Source: an uncultured Candidatus Poseidoniales archaeon
GTDB lineage: Archaea > Thermoplasmatota > Poseidoniia > Poseidoniales > Thalassarchaeaceae
Length of the DNA stretch: 23,150 nt
Reading direction: 5' to 3'
Assembly (NCBI GenBank): GCA_964645485.1
Contig: CAZXZO010000027.1
Span: 1 to 23,150 of the forward strand
Shown: positions 1-6,722 of the stretch, piece by piece
Numbering within the stretch: the stretch's first letter is position 1
How the letters are laid out: each line of letters starts with the position of its first letter
Position numbers and translations under genes: made by a program
Notes under the pieces: generated by a model
Seen by the model: the letters and a program-made list of their open reading frames with translations, nothing else
What the model was told of the DNA's origin: nothing
Database searches by the model: none

Positions 1-843
1 CTGGAAATCGCCGGCATCAAAAATATCGTAGTTGTGCAAAACAAGATTGACATTGTTTCCCACGAACAAGCCCTCAAATCATATAATGAAATCAAAGAGT
101 TCTTGAAAGGAACAATCGCTGAAAATGCCCCAATAATTCCTGTTTCAGCCCATCATGATGTTAATCTTGACATTCTAATCTCAGCGATTGAGGAATTCAT
201 TCCAACTCCTGAAAGAGACCCAAAGGCGGATGGTGTACTCCATGTTGCACGGTCTTTTGATATCAACAGACCAGGCTCAAGACCTCCCCAACTCAAAGGT
301 GGAGTCATTGGAGGAAGTATCGTGAGTGGAACATTCGATATTGGTGACAAAGTAGTAGTTGCTCCTGGCCGCAAAGTGATGCAAGGAAAGAAGGTAACTT
401 GGGAACCTATCCAAACTAGAATCATTAGTCTCAAGGGTGGTGGCAACGATTTGGAAACAATGCACGCAGGTGGGCTTTGTGGAATGGCGACACCTCTCGA
501 CCCGAGCATCACAAAGGCCGACGAACTTTCAGGACAAGTTGTGGCGCGTGAAGGTGAATTGCCCCCTATTTGGAATGAAGTAGACCTTGAACTCACATTG
601 CTGAAAGAAATGGTGACTGGAGGGGGCGGGTCAGCAGACCCTGTTCGTCCTTTACAACCGAATGAAATGCTGATGGTCAATGCATCAACAGCAACTTCTG
701 TTGGTGTAGTTTCTTTTGTAAAAGGAAAGAAAGCAACACTTTCACTTCGGCTACCAATATGTGCTTCTAAGGGAGGAAGAATTACCCTTTCAAGAAGGAT
801 TGGAGCCCGATGGCGCTTGATTGGCTATGCCACAATCAGTTGA
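1..843 (+). CDS. eif2g: Translation initiation factor 2 gamma subunit (aIF2-gamma), 5'-truncated by the window edge
   Basis: Frame is open from base 1 (LEIAGIKNIVVVQNKID). It has the GTPase NKID (G4) and PVSA (G5) motifs, ARSFDINRPG, GGVIGGSI and the C-terminal SRRIGARWRLIGY signature. Confidence 0.97.
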   Translation: MEIAGIKNIVVVQNKIDIVSHEQALKSYNEIKEFLKGTIAENAPIIPVSAHHDVNLDILISAIEEFIPTPERDPKADGVLHVARSFDINRPGSRPPQLKGGVIGGSIVSGTFDIGDKVVVAPGRKVMQGKKVTWEPIQTRIISLKGGGNDLETMHAGGLCGMATPLDPSITKADELSGQVVAREGELPPIWNEVDLELTLLKEMVTGGGGSADPVRPLQPNEMLMVNASTATSVGVVSFVKGKKATLSLRLPICASKGGRITLSRRIGARWRLIGYATIS

Positions 844-907
844 TGAAGGGGTTTGTAAGGCAGGGATTTTACCCGGCTACAGCCTATCAATGACTGGAGA
901 TGACTAA

Positions 908-1279
908 ATGAGTAAAGTTCTGATTGATGCTTGTGGCTGGACTGCAATCATCGAAGGTGGCTTGAATGTTGATTTGGCAATGGCTGATGTTATTGGCACC
1001 TTTGAGCCGGTTTTATTGAAGCGAGTTCTGCAAGAATTGGAGATGATTCAGGAAAAGACAACCTCGCCTCTTCTAATTGATTTCTTGAAATCAAGGTCGG
1101 AACTCATTGCTGGCCCAGATGAGGCGAATCATCCTGATGACCAGTTAGTCATCGTTGCTTCACAGCAAAACTGGCCAGTATTGACAGTTGATAGAAAGTT
1201 GAAACAACGACTAGTTGAGATGAATTGTTCATACATCGAGGTAATGAGTGGGCAAAATCTACGACTTGTGTCTCTCTAA
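908..1279 (+). CDS. PIN-domain ribonuclease, Fcf1/Utp24-like type commonly found downstream of eif2g
   Basis: Acidic PIN residues are present in VLIDAC, LQELE, HPDD and VLTVDRKL; 123 aa. The position after eif2g matches a known archaeal gene order. Confidence 0.85.
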   Translation: MSKVLIDACGWTAIIEGGLNVDLAMADVIGTFEPVLLKRVLQELEMIQEKTTSPLLIDFLKSRSELIAGPDEANHPDDQLVIVASQQNWPVLTVDRKLKQRLVEMNCSYIEVMSGQNLRLVSL

Positions 1280-1358
1280 AATTGTTGAGATGGCAATATT
1301 TTTCTCACCCAAAAAAACTGCTTTGGAAAACAAAAAAGACTTCTATCCGGCATAGAGA

Positions 1359-1364
1359 TTATAT
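1359..1364 (+). promoter_or_regulatory. Putative TATA box (TTATAT) for a leaderless wHTH transcript
   Basis: TTATAT lies 24-29 nt upstream of ATG 1388 and is preceded by a purine-rich stretch. Confidence 0.45.
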
Positions 1365-1387
1365 TCTTGACAAGTTGGCTGGGATTC

Positions 1388-1795
1388 ATGCCGCAAATAT
1401 CCTTAGCCGCTGAGGCAGCCGCAAATGAGCCAGCAAATTTGGTTGTTGAAATGTTAGAGAATATTGGTGTTTCAACAAATGTTGCATACGTATTGGTATC
1501 ATTACATGAAGGGGGAGGATTAAGCAGTAAGGAGTTGCAATCGGTTTGTGGTCTTCGCCAACCAGAGATCAGTTTGGCTATGAAAGAACTACTCAATTCA
1601 GAGATGGTTAGATGTGATGTACAGAGCGCTGGTGGGCGTGGCCGACCTTCTCATAAATATAGCCTAAATGGAGAACTTTTCACTGTGATTAAACCATATA
1701 TTGATGATGCAGAGTCGAGATTGAATCAGTTGACAAACGACCTTCAACGCTTAGATGAAGTAACTCGAAGACTTACTAGGGCAGCAACATCTTGA
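1388..1795 (+). CDS. Winged helix-turn-helix transcriptional regulator (ArsR/MarR-like)
   Basis: HTH region LSSKELQSVCGLRQPEISLAMKEL, wing GGRGRPSHKYSL and a C-terminal coiled helix. ATG 1388 is preferred over the ORF-track start at 1367 because a TATA-like element lies about 25 nt upstream. Confidence 0.85.
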   Translation: MPQISLAAEAAANEPANLVVEMLENIGVSTNVAYVLVSLHEGGGLSSKELQSVCGLRQPEISLAMKELLNSEMVRCDVQSAGGRGRPSHKYSLNGELFTVIKPYIDDAESRLNQLTNDLQRLDEVTRRLTRAATS

Positions 1796-1823
1796 GTTGA
1801 GATTCAACATTTTTGCTTTGAAA

Positions 1824-2930
1824 TCACGGGATTTCATCAAATTGATAGCCTTCTTCCCATTGCTTTTCGCCTAGAATTACTTCTAACTCAAATGGGGTCA
1901 GTAGAGGTTTTGCATATTTCACAGAATCATCTATTGCAATTCGTGGACAAGCAGTATTCACAAACGCATCCACAGGGTAGAAATCAATCAGTTCTGGGCC
2001 AACATGCTCGAGAGCAAGCAAATATCCTTTTTTGCCATGTTTTTCAAGAAGGCGCTTCAACCTCAATGCCATACTGCGGCGCATTTGGCCGGGTTTTTCT
2101 CCAATTAAAATTCCGAATGAATTGGCCTTATCAGCGGCCATAATTAAGCCGAATCTTTGCCGCAATATCCTTTCAATCTGTTCTAACGACATTTCCCTAG
2201 CCTCACTAGTGTAAGGGTCTAGAATTGACAGTGGTTTTCCGGTGTGAAGAACCAGCCCAACTGGGTGGAAGTCACCTGAACCGAGGAATAGGTAGTGTCC
2301 GATGGAAGGGTCATCTCCCGAATAGTTGCAGCCAAGTACTTGGCCGGGGAAAGTGAGTCTGTCTCCTCCGGTTGGAATTATGACATCAAATCCTGAATTC
2401 TCTAACATTACTTTGTATTCCTCAAGCAAATGAAGGTGCTGAATTGAACCAACCAATCCCAATTTTACATCGGTAAGAGGGGTTATTCTACCAACCGCAT
2501 CGAGGAATCTCTCTTGTGCTTCTGCTTCTCCAATCTCTCGAATACTACTCTCACTCAAGCGCTCTTGGGCCATCTTTCTGTGATTTGTTAAGAATGGGAT
2601 TACCGGTGCTAACTCTGGGGTTCCATCATATGTTACGTCGATGAATTGGGTTTCCATACCTGAATCAATGTTCATTTGGCTATGTCCCATATGTGCTACC
2701 AAATCGACTCCCATCATCTTCATCTTGTGGTGTACTAAATCACAGGCCCCGTAACATGGGTCTGCGGCGATAATGATTTGTGCGTCTGTATCTGATTCCA
2801 GTGCGTCAATCATCTCTAATGCTTGGATTTTCAAGCCTTCTGGGAGTTGCAAGGCAACAAGGCGGTGGTCGCCAGTACGTATTTTCTCAACTAATTCGTC
2901 GAGTTCGAAATCATGGCGATTAAGATCCAT
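1824..2930 (-). CDS. dph2: Diphthamide biosynthesis radical-SAM enzyme Dph2 (2-(3-amino-3-carboxypropyl)histidine synthase)
   Basis: LQLPEGLK, the three cluster cysteines (YGACD, VLGCN, TACPRIAIDD) and KPLLTPFE. Confidence 0.95.
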   Translation of the reverse strand: MDLNRHDFELDELVEKIRTGDHRLVALQLPEGLKIQALEMIDALESDTDAQIIIAADPCYGACDLVHHKMKMMGVDLVAHMGHSQMNIDSGMETQFIDVTYDGTPELAPVIPFLTNHRKMAQERLSESSIREIGEAEAQERFLDAVGRITPLTDVKLGLVGSIQHLHLLEEYKVMLENSGFDVIIPTGGDRLTFPGQVLGCNYSGDDPSIGHYLFLGSGDFHPVGLVLHTGKPLSILDPYTSEAREMSLEQIERILRQRFGLIMAADKANSFGILIGEKPGQMRRSMALRLKRLLEKHGKKGYLLALEHVGPELIDFYPVDAFVNTACPRIAIDDSVKYAKPLLTPFELEVILGEKQWEEGYQFDEIP

Positions 2931-2939
2931 ATGTTCACC

Positions 2940-3527
2940 TCAGTCAAGTAGAATTACTTGGTCTCCATCCATTCTGACTCTAACTAGAGAACGTATTGGC
3001 CAGCCAGATTCTGCCACTAATTCACTTACAATACTGTTCTTTTCAAACAAGACTACAACGTCTTGGACGATTGCATCTGAACGCTCAATCGCCGCTAAAA
3101 CTGCTCTCAGAGTGCCACCAGTGCTGATAACATCATCAATCACAAATACTCTTTCTCCGGGGTTGATATCATTGATGAAAATAGTTCCTTTCGAATAGCC
3201 AGTTGATTGGTCAACCTTCACTTCTCCAGGCAGGTCGTATGGCCTTTTTCTGGCAATAACGTGTGGTTTGCCTGTAGCGATAGAGATACTGGATGCTAAT
3301 GGAATTCCCATCGCTTCGATTCCTAGAATCAAATCAATTTCATCCCAGTTGACCATATCCAATACAATGTCACGTGCCTCTGCTAGCATTTCTCCAGATT
3401 GCCGAGGCACCCCATCTGAAAGAGGGTGAATGAAGTAAGCATAATCTCCTTTCCAAATTGTTGGCGAATTCACCACGCTTTCACGTAATCGAATTACCCG
3501 CTCATCGGAGGGTTGCACAGATGACAT
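2940..3527 (-). CDS. hpt: Archaeal-type purine (hypoxanthine/guanine or adenine) phosphoribosyltransferase
   Basis: YFIHPLSDGVP N-terminal motif, GIEAMGIP, ARKRPY and the PRPP-binding motif VIDDVISTGGT. Substrate specificity is not certain. Confidence 0.85.
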   Translation of the reverse strand: MSSVQPSDERVIRLRESVVNSPTIWKGDYAYFIHPLSDGVPRQSGEMLAEARDIVLDMVNWDEIDLILGIEAMGIPLASSISIATGKPHVIARKRPYDLPGEVKVDQSTGYSKGTIFINDINPGERVFVIDDVISTGGTLRAVLAAIERSDAIVQDVVVLFEKNSIVSELVAESGWPIRSLVRVRMDGDQVILLD

Positions 3528-3536
3528 CCGCCAGCC

Positions 3537-4076
3537 TCAAACGAGTCCCTTGAGATGCTCGTGGCCACGGTCAACAACAATTGATGAAGTGGTTGGTAAC
3601 TTACAGTTAGCCTTGCGAAGAGCGTCTTTTGCCGCGGCGAAGTTAGCCGAAGTTGTTTGGATGGTGATAACCTTCTGATTTTTTGACACACGAGCAGCGG
3701 TTCCAACATTTTTACCGAATGCACAGCGCATTCCTTGAGACACACGGTCAGCACCTGCGCCAGTTGCTTGTTTGTTCTCACGGAGAACTTGATGAGGGTA
3801 TACTCGAACACGAAGAGAATAACCCTGTGGTCCTGCTGCTGAACGGATTGTTGCGTTCACGATAATTCGAGCCGCTTCCAAAGCAGTGTGACGGATTTGA
3901 CAAGCATTGTCAACCTGAAGTGTTAATTCTACCGGAAATTCGCCCTTTTCACCAGCCACACGGTTACCCATGTGGAACTGTGTGATTCGGCTGTTTGGGA
4001 TTCCACCAGTGTATTCCCGGCGTGTGAAGGATTGACCTCTCGCGCTGCGGTACATCTTTGCGGGTTTTCTTGCCAT
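3537..4076 (-). CDS. rpl10e: 50S ribosomal protein uL16 (L10e)
   Basis: [10 protein letters not shown] start, [43 protein letters not shown]. The true start is ATG 4076, not 4133. Confidence 0.97.
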   Translation of the reverse strand: MARKPAKMYRSARGQSFTRREYTGGIPNSRITQFHMGNRVAGEKGEFPVELTLQVDNACQIRHTALEAARIIVNATIRSAAGPQGYSLRVRVYPHQVLRENKQATGAGADRVSQGMRCAFGKNVGTAARVSKNQKVITIQTTSANFAAAKDALRKANCKLPTTSSIVVDRGHEHLKGLV

Positions 4077-4085
4077 GTTCCATTC

Positions 4086-4102
4086 CCCTGCCTTAGGCAG
4101 GG
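4086..4102. repeat. Inverted repeat CCCTGCC-TTA-GGCAGGG; CCTGCCTTAG recurs at 4174-4183
   Basis: Read directly from the sequence, in the divergent rpl10e / 4198 intergenic region. Confidence 0.75.
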
Positions 4103-4119
4103 CCGGCGACCGCCCCCCC

Positions 4120-4127
4120 ATATTTAA
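4120..4127 (-). promoter_or_regulatory. TATA box (TTAAATAT) of rpl10e
   Basis: An isolated AT block in GC-rich DNA, 44-51 nt upstream of the rpl10e ATG. Confidence 0.6.
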
Positions 4128-4197
4128 CGCCATTCACATCAGATTTGATTCAATTCGGGCGGTCAATACTTAGCCTGCCTTAGTCTTGGCATCCTTG

Positions 4198-5412
4198 ATG
4201 GCGGAGCCACTTGCACCTTCTTGGCTTGTAACTGTAGGTGAGTATCTACAAGAAGAGAGCGAAAAGCAATGGTTTTGGTTTTCGGTTTTTATCGTGACAT
4301 TACTAGTTGGTGCATTCTGGTTAGAATCGAGTTTGACCCTGCCAGGGGTTGAAGAAAGCCCACTCTTAGAAGAAGGGGAGATAATTGAGCAAGTTCAGTG
4401 GAACTCTGCGGGGACAGAGGCGCTAATGTTAGTTGATAGGGCAGATAATTCACCCTTGCGATTATCCACCTCTACCGGCTTGTCCGTGGTGGAATCAGGA
4501 AATTCAGTTCCCCGTTATATCGCCACAAGTAACTCAGGCTGGTTAGTTTCTGGTGATGAAGGATATTTGGCAAGTTTCAACGGAAATGAACTCAATGAAA
4601 TTTTATTGAATTGGGATGATGAGGTTGCCCCAGATATCATTTCAGTAGCTAGTAATGACGGTGAAAGAGGATTCATAATTACAAAACGTGGTTCAATAAC
4701 TCAATTACACACTTTCGCTGATGGTGAAGTTTCGGAAGGAACCCCCGCACCTGTTGAGAGTACGGTAATGACAAGTGTACACCTCTCAAAAAGAGGTCAC
4801 CTAGCAGTAGTGATAGGATATGACACTGACCTTGGAAACCCCTCCTTTGGTCCTGCTGGAGAGGTTATTATCAGGGCAGATGCCGTGCTTGGCCAAGCAC
4901 CAACTCTGTATCTCTTGCACCATGGGGCAGGTGGGCAAATCCACTCGGCCTACTTCGTGGAGGACGGAAATTGGGGAGATGATGTGGAGATGGTAATCGC
5001 CGGAGGGACAAGCACCTTGTTATTGCTATCCGATTCTACTATCATCGACCTGCCAGGTGTAGGTGGTTCAACAGCAGCAACTATTGATGAAAAAGGAATT
5101 TTCTGGTTAGCAAGAGGTGATTCATTAGAAATTTTGAGTATTTCTTCTGATGAGGCAGGAGTTGAGACCCACAAAATATCAAATTCAGTTGCTGTTGATG
5201 CAAAAGTTGGAACCTCAGCAAATGGTGAGGTACAATTCTATGGCACAGGAGTCAATGGTTATGTCGGAGTCCTGAGTTTTAGCCCTGCAGCAGGTGACGA
5301 TGTAAGCCAAAGTTTGGCATTGTTTGGCGATTTGATATTTGTGATAATGGTCATATCTTGTCTGGCAATTATTGGGCATATGTTCTATGTGAATGATCTC
5401 AAACCTTGGTAA
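4198..5412 (+). CDS. Hypothetical membrane protein with N- and C-terminal TM helices flanking a beta-rich (propeller-like) domain
   Basis: Long ORF with hydrophobic segments WFWFSVFIVTLLVGAFWL and LFGDLIFVIMVISCLAIIGHMFY. The acidic Gly/Ser-rich middle has repeated short beta-strand patterns. ATG 4198 is preferred over TTG 4186. Confidence 0.75.
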   Translation: MAEPLAPSWLVTVGEYLQEESEKQWFWFSVFIVTLLVGAFWLESSLTLPGVEESPLLEEGEIIEQVQWNSAGTEALMLVDRADNSPLRLSTSTGLSVVESGNSVPRYIATSNSGWLVSGDEGYLASFNGNELNEILLNWDDEVAPDIISVASNDGERGFIITKRGSITQLHTFADGEVSEGTPAPVESTVMTSVHLSKRGHLAVVIGYDTDLGNPSFGPAGEVIIRADAVLGQAPTLYLLHHGAGGQIHSAYFVEDGNWGDDVEMVIAGGTSTLLLLSDSTIIDLPGVGGSTAATIDEKGIFWLARGDSLEILSISSDEAGVETHKISNSVAVDAKVGTSANGEVQFYGTGVNGYVGVLSFSPAAGDDVSQSLALFGDLIFVIMVISCLAIIGHMFYVNDLKPW

Positions 5413-5480
5413 GAGCGAATAAAAAAGTACAATCGCAACTACGCATGGGTTCATCTATTTGTTCCACTTAGCCTCAAAGG

Positions 5481-6452
5481 ATGGGAGAACAGCCTGCCTC
5501 CGGCTTCTTTGATGGTGGCTTCATTATCCACGCCAAGTTGCTAATTGTTGCAGCATCTTGGGGGTTGGCTTGGGCAGCAGGAAGAGAGTTAGCATTAGCG
5601 CTTCCAGAAGCAATAGTTGCTTGGTACAGGTATGCAATGACGATTCCACTTTTCTTCATTTGGTTGTACTTCAAGGAACGAAATTCTAGGTCAGCTAAAT
5701 CGGCAATTTATATTCCACGTGGAGAAATCTTTTGGAAAATAGCGTGGGTTTCCTTATTCTCAACTTTTTTGTACCAATTATTATTCATGCACGGGATGGC
5801 AAGAACCGCTGCTGGAGATGCATCTATTCTGATTACTTTCAATCCTGCATTCACAGCACTGCTCGCAATTCCTCTCCTTAATAGAAAGTTAAGTAGAAAT
5901 CTAGTTTTTGGATTAATAGTTGGTCTTGCAGGGGTTGGAATTGTTACTGGTTGGAGTCCCAATACTGATATCCCAATGAACCAAAGATTGGTCGGAGATT
6001 TCTTGATAATGTGTGCCGCTGCATGTTGGGCAGTTTCAACCAATTTGATGAAGCAAATTTTAGAATCTGACGAGATTGAAGATAAGCCATCTCCTCTAGC
6101 AATAGTTGCGTGGTCATCTTTCTTTGGATGGTTACTTCTGACACCATTAGCAGCATTTGATTTAATCACTTTTGGCAGTGGAGCAATCCCAGATACTGTG
6201 GGTTGGATTTGGATATTTTATCTAGCCGCAATTTCAACGGTTTTGGCATATGCATGGTTTGCTGATGGTGTGGATAAAATTGGAGCAACCGCGTCAGCAA
6301 CTTACGTTTATTTGGTGCCATTCTTTGGCATACTTTCTGGAGTTTTATTACTAGATGAATCAATTGGGTTGTCTTTTGTCATTGGATTTGTTTTAATTTT
6401 GATTGGAGTCAAACTTTCGCAACAGGCATCCAATGAAGGCAATCCTGCCTGA
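5481..6452 (+). CDS. EamA/DMT-family transporter
   Basis: About 10 hydrophobic helices in two repeats. Motifs include SWGLAW, ASILITFNPAFTALLA, LGATASATYVYLVPFFGILSGVLLLDE. Confidence 0.92.
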   Translation: MGEQPASGFFDGGFIIHAKLLIVAASWGLAWAAGRELALALPEAIVAWYRYAMTIPLFFIWLYFKERNSRSAKSAIYIPRGEIFWKIAWVSLFSTFLYQLLFMHGMARTAAGDASILITFNPAFTALLAIPLLNRKLSRNLVFGLIVGLAGVGIVTGWSPNTDIPMNQRLVGDFLIMCAAACWAVSTNLMKQILESDEIEDKPSPLAIVAWSSFFGWLLLTPLAAFDLITFGSGAIPDTVGWIWIFYLAAISTVLAYAWFADGVDKIGATASATYVYLVPFFGILSGVLLLDESIGLSFVIGFVLILIGVKLSQQASNEGNPA

Positions 6453-6722
6453 TGTTCCAGCAAGATTGCAGATACCGAAGTGCTTGAATCTAAATGATTC
6501 TGGTTGATGCTTTCACCAAATTGGGAACAGTAGAATTAGATTTTGTTCGCTGAATCATCCTCTTGGACGAAAATCTGTGGTGCAATTGGCTTGGATTAAT
6601 TTCATCAATCCAGAGCCACGATGGAAGCCTACCCGCGATGCTTATGGAGCGTCACGCACCCGCTGAAACTCCGCCCGTAGGGCGGGAGCGCTCAATGAGT
6701 TGCAGTGGAAGTAGGGGTAAGT

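Noticed and set aside
908-1795. VapBC-like toxin-antitoxin pair (PIN + DNA-binding protein)
   Set aside because: The PIN gene is in the conserved housekeeping position after eif2g, and the wHTH gene is downstream, about 108 nt away, with its own TATA-like element. That is not the overlapping antitoxin-first layout.
4077-4133. N-terminal extension of L10e given by the ORF track
   Set aside because: It runs through the TATA box and palindrome, and the conserved protein starts at MARKP.
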